This document shows positions 1 through 10,400 of a DNA stretch of 64,000 bases, in pieces. The position numbers were made by a program, and so were the translations under genes. The DNA comes from Candidatus Bathyarchaeota archaeon. GTDB taxonomy: Archaea > Thermoproteota > Bathyarchaeia > Bathyarchaeales > Bathycorpusculaceae. The stretch is from the NCBI GenBank assembly GCA_963833575.1, contig CAWHXY010000007.1, forward strand, positions 224,001 to 288,000, read 5' to 3'. Position 1 is the stretch's first letter, and each line of letters begins with the position of its first letter. The notes beneath the pieces are model-generated. The model had not been told where the DNA came from, ran no database searches, and was given only the letters and a program-made list of their open reading frames with translations.

Positions 1-405
1 GTTTTTTCGCCAATTACGGGTTCAGCAAGCACGCCATCGCAAGTGGCGGCTTTAACGCAAACATCAATGTTTAAGCAATTAATCAGTGATACTACGGCTG
101 AAGAAAGCGAGAACCTACTTGAAGCTCTCGAAAAAAGGCTAAATGCAACTGACAATCTCGTGCTTTTTTCTTTGCAAGAGGCAGAACATTTTATTTTTGA
201 CACGCAAGCTGAGGGGAAACCTAAGCCGGAATATCTAATGCTTTCAGATGAGTATCTTTCAACAAGCCGACAAAAATACAGAGTTCAAAGACTCATGCAA
301 ATTGCAGCCAACAAAGGCGTTAAAACACGCGTTATAAGTGCTGATTCAACCGCGGGCAAACGCGTCACTCAACTAGGAGGACTTGTATGTTTGGCGAAAA
401 AATAA
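1..405 (+). CDS. C-terminal part of aRF1/pelota-family (eRF1 domain 3-like) protein, 5'-truncated by window
   Basis: Frame is open from base 1; C-terminus VISADSTAGKRVTQLGGLVCL resembles the eRF1_3 S..s..G.ql..lGGi motif. Confidence 0.55.
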   Translation, partial: VFSPITGSASTPSQVAALTQTSMFKQLISDTTAEESENLLEALEKRLNATDNLVLFSLQEAEHFIFDTQAEGKPKPEYLMLSDEYLSTSRQKYRVQRLMQIAANKGVKTRVISADSTAGKRVTQLGGLVCLAKK

Positions 406-619
406 GTAACCTTCCCTAAAGGAAGTTATTAGTAGGACAAGAGGTTGCTTTCGAAAGACCAGATCTTTAATAGCAAACAGTAGCAGTTTCAGCCGCTTTC
501 ATAGCTGAAACCAATAATATTATAGTTATCCTAGCCTCAGCTGGCTCAACTATATTCACAATCGCTTTAATCGTAATTTTTATTATTCAACGAAATATGA
601 AAACGGTAAAATAGAAAAT

Positions 620-1348
620 CTAAATCAACTCATTTTGCTTTAATTCTTCTATAGAAATTTTGCCCGAATGCAACGCGGTAGCCACTAATACGCCGCTTAT
701 GCCCAAATCCTTTAACTGAACTAAATCGTTAATATCTCGAACTCCACCACCAACATAAACATCTAGCCCCTCCTCAAACGTCTTTGTTACCAAATCAACA
801 TTAACTCCTTCTCCGCTACCCACACGGTCCAAATCTAAAATAATTACGCTTGAAACTCCCATATCCTTGAATTCATGCAGGAGACACAAAGGATTAACAC
901 AACCAGCAAACCCTAATTTAACAAGCACTTTATCACCCTTCAAATCCAAACTCACGATAGCAAGATCGCTTCCTAAGACTTTAACTACTTCGCTTACGAG
1001 GTTTTTTGTTCGCAGTGTTTCTGTTCCTATAACAACTTTCGAAACACCAATTTCAATTAGTTTCTTTGCTGTTTCGAGGTCAGTAACTCCAGCGTCAACC
1101 ATCAATTTGAGTCCAGTTTCATCACTGATGCCTTTCAGTACTTGATAATTAATCTGGCTTTTTGTGATTGCATCTAAATCTGCAATGTAAAGTTCCTGAA
1201 AACCTAGTATTTTGAAGACCTGGGCAACTTCTAAAGGGTTAACTGATCGGCTTAGGATGCTTTGGAGTGGTTGATATTCGCGTCTTTTTCCTTTTACAGC
1301 GTGAACAACTATTCCATCCAAAATATCGATTACAGGAATAACTTTCAA
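620..1348 (-). CDS. HisA/HisF-related TIM-barrel protein of the C1-cofactor-linked type
   Basis: VIPVIDILDGIVVHAVKG, LYIADLDAI, LDLDRVGSGEG, GGGVR motifs; divergent from mfn operon. Confidence 0.85.
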   Translation of the reverse strand: MKVIPVIDILDGIVVHAVKGKRREYQPLQSILSRSVNPLEVAQVFKILGFQELYIADLDAITKSQINYQVLKGISDETGLKLMVDAGVTDLETAKKLIEIGVSKVVIGTETLRTKNLVSEVVKVLGSDLAIVSLDLKGDKVLVKLGFAGCVNPLCLLHEFKDMGVSSVIILDLDRVGSGEGVNVDLVTKTFEEGLDVYVGGGVRDINDLVQLKDLGISGVLVATALHSGKISIEELKQNELI

Positions 1349-1455
1349 ACTCTATACCTTACCCGTGAATTGACTCTCAACGAATAGAAAAACCTAACCA
1401 TCGACATAGCAAAAGTTTTAAAGGCGTCGTCAATGCGCATGTTTATGATGCTACA

Positions 1456-2193
1456 TTGAAGCTACTCATAAGTCCCATGAATGAGCAAGAAGCCTCAGCA
1501 GCTATTGCAGGGGGCGCTGACATAATTGATGTTAAGAATCCGAAGGAGGGAGCATTAGGCGCCAATTTTCCATGGGTTATCAAGCGAATAAGGGAAATGA
1601 CGCCGAAAAACATCCAAGTAAGCTGCACATTAGGGGAAGTTCCTAATCTTCCAGGATCTATATCTTTAGCAGCATTGGGAGCAGCATCATTAGGTGTCGA
1701 TTACATTAAAGTGGGGCTTTATGGGTTTAAAACCTCTCAAGAAGCAATTTGCCTGTTGCAAAACGTTAGCAAGGCAGCTAAAGAATGCAATCCTAAGATC
1801 AAAATAGTTGCAGCTGGCTACGCAGACGCAGAAAGAGTCAGCTCAATTGAACCGTTGCTTATTCCTGAAATTGCCAGTAAGGCTCAAGTTGACGTTGCCA
1901 TGCTTGACACAGCAATTAAGGATGGTCAAAACCTCTTTAGCTTCTTAACAGCTAAGAAATTGCAGAAATTCATTGATTCATCTCATAAATTTGGGTTGGA
2001 AGCAGCTTTGGCAGGATCGTTAAGAAAAGAGGATTTGCAAGTTGTCTATCATTTAGGTGCCGATATTGCAGGATCTCGAGGGGCAGCATGTACAAATAAT
2101 GATAGAGTGAAAGGTCAAATAACAGAAAAACGAGTGCGCGAATTAGTTGAAGCTTTAGAAAAAGCGGAAATGCAAGCTGATAAGAGGGCTTAG
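1456..2193 (+). CDS. mfnB: (5-formylfuran-3-yl)methyl phosphate synthase
   Basis: MKLLISP, GGADIIDVKNPKEGALGANFPWVI, MLDTAIKDG, LAGSL, RGAAC. Confidence 0.93.
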   Translation: MKLLISPMNEQEASAAIAGGADIIDVKNPKEGALGANFPWVIKRIREMTPKNIQVSCTLGEVPNLPGSISLAALGAASLGVDYIKVGLYGFKTSQEAICLLQNVSKAAKECNPKIKIVAAGYADAERVSSIEPLLIPEIASKAQVDVAMLDTAIKDGQNLFSFLTAKKLQKFIDSSHKFGLEAALAGSLRKEDLQVVYHLGADIAGSRGAACTNNDRVKGQITEKRVRELVEALEKAEMQADKRA

Positions 2194-2196
2194 CCT

Positions 2197-3357
2197 TTGC
2201 AGCCTAAAGGGTCAACCCGAAAAAAAGTGCTATTTGATCTCAAAAAAATTCATCAACAAGACAAAGTATATGATGATGGAAAAATCTTATGTTCTATGTG
2301 CACCAAAGTCCATCCTATTGCAGAGAAAGCCCATCGACTTTGCTTAAGCTCCAATCTTGGTGATCCGGGCCTTTTTCCAGGAAGCGCTCAACTTGAAAAA
2401 GAAGTCATAAATGAACTAGCCACGCTTCTACATGGTAAAAATTCTGTTGGGTTTCTTGTTTCAGGCGGAACCGAAGCAAATTTGATGGGGCTTTTAGCTG
2501 CAAGGAATATGGTGGGTGTAAGACAACCTGAAGTTGTTTTGCCGCAATCTGCTCATTTCTCTTTTACAAAAATTTGTAATCTGTTGAATCTTAAACCAGT
2601 TTATGCAGATTTGGATCGCTCTTTCATGGTTAATTTATCCTCTGTTGAAAAATGCATAAGCGAGAATACAATTGCAATAATAGGGACTGCGGGAACTGCT
2701 GAGCTGGGAACTATAGACCCTATTGAGCAACTAGCCCAAATTGCCTCTGTGCATAATGTTTGGTTGCATATTGATGCAGCATTAGGCGGTTTAGTTATTC
2801 CCTTTCTAAAAGAAAAACACAAGTTTGATTTCAATCTGGAAGCAGTAAAATCCATGACAGTAGACCCACACAAAATGGGTATGGCTACAATTCCAGCTGG
2901 CGGGATCTTGTTCAGAGACGATAAATCCTTGAATCTTATCAAAACCGAAACACCATACTTAACAGATAATTTTCAGTATACATTTGCTGGAACAAGATCA
3001 GGAGCTTCCGCTGCCTCAGCCTGGGCAGTTTTTAAACTTCTAGGAATGGAAGGATTCAAGAAAATAGTAAATAAGTGCCTGAAAATGACGCAGCTGTTTC
3101 GCGATGGACTCAAAGATACCGGTTTTGAACTTGTTGTTGAGCCAACGCTGAATATTGTAGCTTTCCGCAGTCAACAGAACACCAAGCATTTGGCAGAAAA
3201 ACTTTGGAAAAAAGGTTGGTTTGTCTCTTATGTTCCCCGCTACGATTGTATTAGACTTGTCATAATGCCCCACGTCAAGAAGCGACATACCTTGGCTTTT
3301 TTGAAAGATCTAAGAGAAATAGAGAAACTTCCCGACAAAGACTCTTTCCTGTGTTAA
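2197..3357 (+). CDS. mfnA: L-tyrosine/L-aspartate decarboxylase (PLP)
   Basis: ILCSMCT, NLGDPGLFPG, SGGTEAN, HIDAA, DPHKMG, GTRSG. Confidence 0.93.
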   Translation: MQPKGSTRKKVLFDLKKIHQQDKVYDDGKILCSMCTKVHPIAEKAHRLCLSSNLGDPGLFPGSAQLEKEVINELATLLHGKNSVGFLVSGGTEANLMGLLAARNMVGVRQPEVVLPQSAHFSFTKICNLLNLKPVYADLDRSFMVNLSSVEKCISENTIAIIGTAGTAELGTIDPIEQLAQIASVHNVWLHIDAALGGLVIPFLKEKHKFDFNLEAVKSMTVDPHKMGMATIPAGGILFRDDKSLNLIKTETPYLTDNFQYTFAGTRSGASAASAWAVFKLLGMEGFKKIVNKCLKMTQLFRDGLKDTGFELVVEPTLNIVAFRSQQNTKHLAEKLWKKGWFVSYVPRYDCIRLVIMPHVKKRHTLAFLKDLREIEKLPDKDSFLC

Positions 3358-4601
3358 GGGGTTTAATTTTGAAGATTATAGTTTACGAGCATGTTTCAGG
3401 GGGCGGATATGCAGACAAACAAATTTCACCAAGCATTTTATCCGAGGGGTTTGGAATGCTGCGTAAGGTTGTTTCCGACTTCAAACTTGAAGGGCACGAA
3501 GTAACCGTTTTACTTGATAACAGACTTTCAAACCTGAACCAGCCACTAAATGCTAACTGCATAGTACCTGTTTTTAATTCTGAAGAACCAAAAAAATTCT
3601 TGGTAAGCCTTGCTAAAATTAACGATGCCATTTACGTTATTGCTCCTGAAACAGGAAAAACTCTCCAATCATTAGTGGAAATTGTTGAGCAAACGAACAA
3701 GATTTCACTCAATTGTGAATCCAGCACTATCAAAAAAGTTGCAGACAAAACCCTTCTCTGCGAAGTTCTGGAAAAAAATGATTTGCCAACACCTAAAACA
3801 ATGGTTTTTGATTTTAGCGATAATCTAGAAGAAGTTAAGTCTTCTATCAAACGCCAATTAACTTATCCTTTAATTTTCAAGCCAGTGGACGGCACAAGCT
3901 GCTGCAATTTAAGTATCGTTAAAGAAGAGGGCCAAGTGAAGGATGCAATTTCCAAGTTGAAAGCAGAATCGGCAGACCAGCATTTTATTGTTCAAGAGTT
4001 CATTGGAGGTGAAGCGGCAAGCGTCAGTTTACTTTGCACAAAAGATAAAGCAAGATCAATCAGTTTGAACCAGCAAATTGTTGAGCTCTGCACACCAGAT
4101 GGGATTTCTAGTTACAAAGGCGGCGTTGTACCGTTTGACCATCAGCTTAAGACGGAAGCATTTAGGGCAGCAGAGAAAGTTGCGGAGTGCTTTCCAGGTT
4201 TAAAGGGATACGTAGGGGTTGATTTGATTTTATCCAGGTACAAGCCTTTTGTAATAGACGTGAATCCACGGTTGACAACGTCATTTGTAGGTCTATCACA
4301 AACCGCAAAGTTTAACGTGGCAGAAAAAATCGTTAAAGCTGTTTTAGAAGGTACACTTCCCGCAGCACCTGAATGTGACGGCTATGTTTACTTTTCAAAA
4401 TACGAAACCACCAAGCCAACAAATAATTCATTCAAAAAAATTGCTCAATTAAGCGAAGTTGTTTCACCGCCTTTTCCTTTAAGTGACAGGCAAAAAGCTT
4501 GTGCGTTGATTTCTGGTCAGGGGGATTCCTTGGAAAATGCAAAAGTGGAGTTAGAAGAAGCTAAAAAGCACATTCTTCGCATTATTAAAGGAGGAAACTA
4601 G
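3351..4601 (+). CDS. mfnD: ATP-grasp tyramine--L-glutamate ligase; true start may be slightly downstream (KIIVYE)
   Basis: YEHVSGGG, EGFGML, IAPET, KPVDG, QEFIGG, GYVGVD, DVNPRLTTS; operon context. Confidence 0.8.
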   Translation: MLRGLILKIIVYEHVSGGGYADKQISPSILSEGFGMLRKVVSDFKLEGHEVTVLLDNRLSNLNQPLNANCIVPVFNSEEPKKFLVSLAKINDAIYVIAPETGKTLQSLVEIVEQTNKISLNCESSTIKKVADKTLLCEVLEKNDLPTPKTMVFDFSDNLEEVKSSIKRQLTYPLIFKPVDGTSCCNLSIVKEEGQVKDAISKLKAESADQHFIVQEFIGGEAASVSLLCTKDKARSISLNQQIVELCTPDGISSYKGGVVPFDHQLKTEAFRAAEKVAECFPGLKGYVGVDLILSRYKPFVIDVNPRLTTSFVGLSQTAKFNVAEKIVKAVLEGTLPAAPECDGYVYFSKYETTKPTNNSFKKIAQLSEVVSPPFPLSDRQKACALISGQGDSLENAKVELEEAKKHILRIIKGGN

Positions 4602-4602
4602 C

Positions 4603-5676
4603 TTGGCGAAAGTGTTAAGCTATGATGTTGGAGGCGCGAACACTAAAGCTGCCTTCCTAACTACAAAAAACGGGAAGTTACAGGACGCCAAAGTGGCTGT
4701 CGAGTATTTCCCAATATGGAAGGAACCAGAAAAACTTGCCAATGTCCTCCTTGAACTTAAAAAACGATTAGGCGCAAGCAGACTTGATGCTCTAGGCGTA
4801 ACCATGACTGCAGAATTATCAGATGTTTACGCTACCAAGAGTGAAGGCGTTCACGAGATTTTCTCATGCATAAAGAGTGTTTTTCCTAATTTGCCTATTT
4901 ACGTTCTAAACAGTGATACGAAACTAGATTCCATTAGTGTTGCTGAAGAAACGCCGCTTAGGGTGGCTGCGGCAAATTGGGCTGCAACAGGCTGGTTAGT
5001 TGCCAAGCGATTGAAGGATTGTGTTATTGTTGATGTTGGAAGTACAAGTGCGAGCATTATTCCTATAGTTAATTCTTTGGTAGTTGCCAATGGTAAAACG
5101 GATTTGGATAAACTAATTTGTGGAGAACTTGTTTATTCAGGGAGTCTGCGGACTAATGTGGCTTCGATTGTGCACTCTGTTCCCATAAAGAATGGAGTTT
5201 CAGGCGTCGCTTCTGAACTTTTTGCATTATCTGCAGATGTTCATTTGGCCTTAGGCAACATAACTGAGAAAGAATATACTTGTGAAACTGCTGACGGTCG
5301 AGGAAAAACGGTACCTGAAGCTTTTGCTCGGTTAGCAAGGGTAGTCTGTGCAGACACCCAAATGTTAACTCAGAAGGAAATCATCGACATGGCAAAGTAC
5401 GTTTATGATAAACAAGTTCTTCAGGTCTCCGAAGGCATGAGCAAAGTCTACTCGTACGCACAAAAGCTAACTACCAATATAGTTCCAATAGTAATTACAG
5501 GTCAGGGCAAAGATTTTATTGCAAGAAAAGCAGCCGAAAAAATCGGTGTTAAATCAATTATTGATTTGGGAACGCTAATACAAAAATGCGCGGTTATGGC
5601 TACTCCAGCTTTTGGACTGGCATTGATGGTTGCCACCGATCTTGAAGGAGAAATTGTCGATTGGACGCTACAGTAG
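4603..5676 (+). CDS. mfnF: Hydantoinase/oxoprolinase-like methanofuran coupling enzyme
   Basis: DVGGANTK, GVTMTAELSD, AAANWAATG, DVGSTS, GSLRTNV, ETADGRGK. Confidence 0.88.
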   Translation: MAKVLSYDVGGANTKAAFLTTKNGKLQDAKVAVEYFPIWKEPEKLANVLLELKKRLGASRLDALGVTMTAELSDVYATKSEGVHEIFSCIKSVFPNLPIYVLNSDTKLDSISVAEETPLRVAAANWAATGWLVAKRLKDCVIVDVGSTSASIIPIVNSLVVANGKTDLDKLICGELVYSGSLRTNVASIVHSVPIKNGVSGVASELFALSADVHLALGNITEKEYTCETADGRGKTVPEAFARLARVVCADTQMLTQKEIIDMAKYVYDKQVLQVSEGMSKVYSYAQKLTTNIVPIVITGQGKDFIARKAAEKIGVKSIIDLGTLIQKCAVMATPAFGLALMVATDLEGEIVDWTLQ

Positions 5677-6329
5677 TTAAGGTAGGAGGTTCTTTGGCAT
5701 TGTGCCCTATGAAGCTTAAGCGTTTGTGTACAAAGTTAAGCGAAGCGTCTAAGGAACATAAGCTGATATTGGTGCCGGGAGGAGGGGAATTTGCTGATGT
5801 CGTGAGGAAAGTTGACAAGCGATTTAAGTTGTCAGCTGAAGCTTCTCACCGGATGGCCGTTTTAGGTATGGATCAATATGGTTTTTTACTTTCAGATTTA
5901 ACAAAGGATGCTTGCATTGTGAGTCAGCTTGCAAATGTGCAGAAAATTTTAAATATGAACAAGTTGCCTATTTTTTTGCCATCAAATCATATGATTAACA
6001 ATGATCCTTTGGAGAATTCTTGGGATGTCACTTCAGATTCTATCGCTGCCTACATCGCAAGCCAACTATGCATCAGAAAAGTTATTTTAGTGACTGACGT
6101 CGACGGAGTTTACTTATGTGATCCAAAAAAGTATTTGGATGCAAAATTGATAGAACAGATATCCATTAAACAGCTTGAAACAATGCATGAACGAACATGT
6201 GTCGACAAGTTTTTGCTTTCACTGCTTTCCCAATCAGAGATTCAATGCATTGTCGTGAACGGATGTTATCCCGCGCGAATTGAAGCTATTCTAGAAGGAA
6301 AGAAAACTATTTGCACATTAATCAATTAG
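5661..6329 (+). CDS. mfnE: Amino-acid-kinase family [5-(aminomethyl)furan-3-yl]methyl phosphate kinase
   Basis: VVKVGGSL, VPGGGEFADVVR, HRMAVLGMDQYG, SWDVTSDSIA, TDVDG. Confidence 0.85.
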   Translation: MDATVVKVGGSLALCPMKLKRLCTKLSEASKEHKLILVPGGGEFADVVRKVDKRFKLSAEASHRMAVLGMDQYGFLLSDLTKDACIVSQLANVQKILNMNKLPIFLPSNHMINNDPLENSWDVTSDSIAAYIASQLCIRKVILVTDVDGVYLCDPKKYLDAKLIEQISIKQLETMHERTCVDKFLLSLLSQSEIQCIVVNGCYPARIEAILEGKKTICTLIN

Positions 6330-6487
6330 CAAAATAACTTATTTTAACGAATGAAATCTAAAACAATCTTTTCTTTCGTAAATTGATTGGCAGTTAATCA
6401 AACAATTAAGCGTCAGGTGTTAATTTAGCACACTTACAATCTTCTTAAAAGAAAAAATAGAAAAAGGAAAATGGAAGTTTTTAAGTT

Positions 6488-6652
6488 TTAGATTTTTTTC
6501 TTATCTAAGACTTCGCGGAAACTCTTGTCACAGCACTTATAGAGCGCTATGGTGAGTTGTGTTCTTTTTCCTTTCTTGTCTGGTTTGCCAGCCATCTTCC
6601 AAGTCTTTGTAGCGTTTTTAACTTCTTTTCCACAAGTTGGGCATTTTGCCAT
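6488..6652 (-). CDS. Small basic Cren7-like chromatin protein with Cys pairs (54 aa; below ORF-track cutoff)
   Basis: Hand translation MAKCPTCGKEVKNATKTWKMAGKPDKKGKRTQLTIALYKCCDKSFREVLDKKKI; K.W.....K.G.....I.L.K......FR pattern like Cren7; purine-rich AGGGA upstream. Confidence 0.75.
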   Translation of the reverse strand: MAKCPTCGKEVKNATKTWKMAGKPDKKGKRTQLTIALYKCCDKSFREVLDKKKI

Positions 6653-6881
6653 GATTAATCCCTATGGTGCATGTTATCATATTGATGTACATAAAACACT
6701 TTCTATCCATCCTCTATCCATGGTCTTTGAAATGGCTAAATTAAGGTTCTTTTTGGAGGATATACATATAAAAACGCCTTTTTTTAGTTACATATGCGCC
6801 ATAAAAACCTTAATTGCGGGGGAGGACCTGCCTATTTTCATTCTTTTGTGGAATAATTATTATCGCGGAAGAGTATGATAC

Positions 6882-7478
6882 ATGAGTATTATGTCAATTG
6901 TTGGTTTAGATTTGGCTGGTGTAGAAACCCGACCTACTGGTTACTGTGTACTTGTAGGGATGGAAGCGGAGACATCTCTCGTTTATACAGATACAGAAAT
7001 ACTATCCGAGATCCGAAAAGCCCTTCCAAAAGTTGTAGCTATTGATGCACCCTTAACCTTACCTCCCGGAAGAGCATCGCTGGAGGAACGCAATAAGGCT
7101 CATTTAAGAGAATGCGACAGAGAACTTTTGAAAAGGCACATAAAATTTTTTCCTCTTACATTGGGGCCCATGAGAAAATTAACGGAACGAGGCATACATT
7201 TGAAAAAAATCCTTGAAGCTGAAAATTTCGTCACGATAGAGGCTTATCCTGGAGGCGCCCAAGATGTGCTCGATATTCCTAGAAAACAGAAAGGGCTGGA
7301 AAAACTGAAGGCTGGGCTTGATAATTTGGGCTTGAAGCAGTTGAGCAACTTGATGAGTGATCATGAACTTGATGCTGTCACATGCGCATACGAGGGAAAG
7401 CTATTCTTGGAGGGAAATGCTCTTGTTTATGGAAGCCCTGAAGATGGAATCATTATGCCAAAAGGCGAGAAAAAATAA
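6882..7478 (+). CDS. DUF429 family RNase H-like nuclease
   Basis: VGLDLAG, AIDAPL, RECDREL, IEAYP, HELDAV. Confidence 0.85.
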   Translation: MSIMSIVGLDLAGVETRPTGYCVLVGMEAETSLVYTDTEILSEIRKALPKVVAIDAPLTLPPGRASLEERNKAHLRECDRELLKRHIKFFPLTLGPMRKLTERGIHLKKILEAENFVTIEAYPGGAQDVLDIPRKQKGLEKLKAGLDNLGLKQLSNLMSDHELDAVTCAYEGKLFLEGNALVYGSPEDGIIMPKGEKK

Positions 7479-7484
7479 AGGTAT

Positions 7485-10400
7485 CTAGTCGCTTCTTTCT
7501 TCGCTTTTTTCGGTTTTGTTATTTCGAGAGATCTTGTAGGGCCACCAGTTGGCTCTTTGTGCTAAACCCATTAATGAAGGTACGAAGAAAAGAATGACAA
7601 CGCTGACATCTATTATGATGGCCGCGGCGACTGCAAGGGCGATTTCTTGAAGTATAGCTATGTTTGTAATAAGTAATGAGGCAAACACTGTAGCAAGAAC
7701 GAGCCCCAAACCGAGTATAGTTACCCAAACTTTTTCGATGGCAGTTACTATCGCTTCATTGTCGGTTTTGCCGTTGAGAACTTCTTCCCGAATACGAGTA
7801 AGGAAGAAAATGTCATAGTCGATTCCGACCCCAAGCATAGTTACTACAACGAAAAGAGGCGCAAAACTAAGAATAGGTAGGTTAAAAGCATCGTAGAAAA
7901 TGAGTGAAATGATGGCTAAAGCGAACACAACACTGCAAAGGATTGTGAATATTAGGCGGATTGGTGTAAAGGCTGACCGTAACTGGATAAACAAAATCAC
8001 GTAGACCGCTGCTGCCAAGATTGCCACAACTTCGGGAATTAGGTTTGCCATGAATGTTTGGCTGTCTATGGTTGATTGAGTTGCCCCGCCATAATAGATG
8101 GTAACTCCTTTTATGATCGATTGTTTGCTGATGTTCTTTTCCATTCCGTTCAATGACTTCATTGCGTTTGCACTCATTGCTGAATCTGAGAGGCTTACCG
8201 TAATTATGGCTGTTTTGTTATCTTGTCCTATAGTTGAAAATATTTGGCTCTCGTATTGAGTGCGGAGGGGCTCAGACATGTTTTCTACTGATGAGTAGTT
8301 AAATGTATTTTTGAAGGGTCTGGTAGCACTTTCGACTGCTAGAACGCCTTTAGAGCTTGCTGCAGTTGCAGTGATTTGCTCGATCTGGTTAAGTAAGGTC
8401 TGATTAAAGTGATTATTTCCGTACGTTATCTGTGTAGAAGTTGTAATTATAATGGAACTTGGCTGTGTTGTTCCGCTGCCAAAGCTGTCAGATATCGCTG
8501 TGAGACCCTGATTGCTTTGAAAATTTGGAATTAGCTTCAGAAATTCTTCGCCCGTAGGCGTCGTGTATACTACTGCAAAAGCACTTAAAGCTATGATACT
8601 GATGATGATTATGATGGGGATTTTTCGTCTTAATGTGCTATGTGCAACGCGAGTTAATATGTTCTTTTTTGGAGCAGATTTGACCTTGCTCAACCTACGG
8701 AGTCCTGGCCAAAATATTTTGTCCCCTAACGCAATTTCAAGAGCTGGCAATAATGTAAGCGATGCCGCAAGCAAAATTGAAACACCTAGAGCGATAGCGG
8801 TTCCGACGTCGCTAAAAATTGGTACGTTAGCAACTGCCATAACTATGTAAGCAACGATAACGGTGATGCCAGCGGTTAAAACTGCTTGTCCTGCCCACTT
8901 AAGCGAAATGCCTACGCTTTCTTCGATTGATTTGCCTTTTAGTCGTTCCTCTCTTGTGCGTCTAAGCTGAAGTACCGAGTAATCTACGGCCAATCCCAAC
9001 ATCAATAGTATCGTTAATGTTGGCGTGAGGAACGTCAAGTTTCCATGACCAACCTTTACGATTGCAGCGTAAATTGCGGCAAGTGCAACAGAAACTGAAA
9101 TTCCCCCAAGCAGAACTGGAATCAAAGCCGCTAAGGGCGCCAAAAACAAGAGCCCAACGATCAAAAGCGAAATTCCAATGCCTGGCCCCACAGTTAGGGC
9201 TAATGCCGGCACAAATGCTTTTTCAACATCCTTACTCAAGACTGACCCGCCGGTCACGAAAACCATTCCAAAGTTTGATAGCCCAGAGTTATGTACGTCT
9301 GACTCGACTTGAGTGATTGTGTTAGTATCCGGATTGGATGAGAAACCGAAAATTATGAGCATTGTATCATTTTGTGAATTAACAAAGTTGCCTGATAAAG
9401 CGGTTGAAGGAATATATGGGTAACCCGAATAGGGTTGAGTTGTGATTATGTTGTTGATCTCAACGTTTACGTCGTCTGCTGTTGCGTTTGGTGAAAGCGC
9501 TGTGAGAAGATTGCTAAGGGATGGGGCGTTTATTGTAAATAATGGGGAATTTGAAAAGGTGTTTTGGGTAGCGTTTGAAATAAAATCACATGCCAAATTC
9601 CACGTTTGAGTGTTATTAGGTAATACACCAAGTTGGTAGGTGGACTGCATCAGATCTGAAACTGAAAAACCTGCGTCAGCAGTGGTTAGATTAGTGTAAC
9701 TATTTTCTAAAAGTGTGATAGCGTAGTTGCCAATTGTTGCATTTGAAGGTGAAGATCCGAAGTTGTACAGATTGGTAACTAAGTTGGAAGGTGAAGCGCC
9801 CAACGATGATGATAAATCCGCAGGAATGCTTGATGCCAAAGTTGAAATTGTCAAGTTTGCTATTGCCTGAGGCTGGTTCCAATTTGTGACTGTCAAGTTG
9901 GATGCTACTGAACTCACCATTGAGCTTGTCTGACTATCTATTTGTCCGCTGTTTAACATCGCTGCGACAGCTTGATTTATTGCGAAGGCTTCACGGGTAG
10001 CCACCGACGTGTCGTTAGAGAGAGCTTGGAAACTTGCTGTCCAAGCACCATAGAAAGCGGTGTAGTATCCGATGGATTGAGCATTACCTCCAAAATTAGA
10101 TGTTAATAAGTAAACGGTGATGTTTGCTTGCGTATTAGCTAAAGAGAGATCTGTTACGCCTTGGGCAATAAGTCCTTGCCAAGCACCCTCGAATGCCGTT
10201 GGTATTCCGTAGATGAGCTGCGCTGTCTGGTTAATCCCTGTTTGAAGCTGAAACAGATTCGTACTCAAAACAGACAGATTATCCTGCAGAGCAAATAGTC
10301 CCGAATTAATCGTGGCTATATTTGATTGAAGACTAGCTGTTTGATTAAGTATAGCCGGTACTGACGAGTTAAGCAAACTATCCTCTAACGAATAAAGACT

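Noticed and set aside
6549-6878. 109-aa + strand ORF
   Set aside because: Overlaps the Cren7-like gene antisense; no recognisable motif
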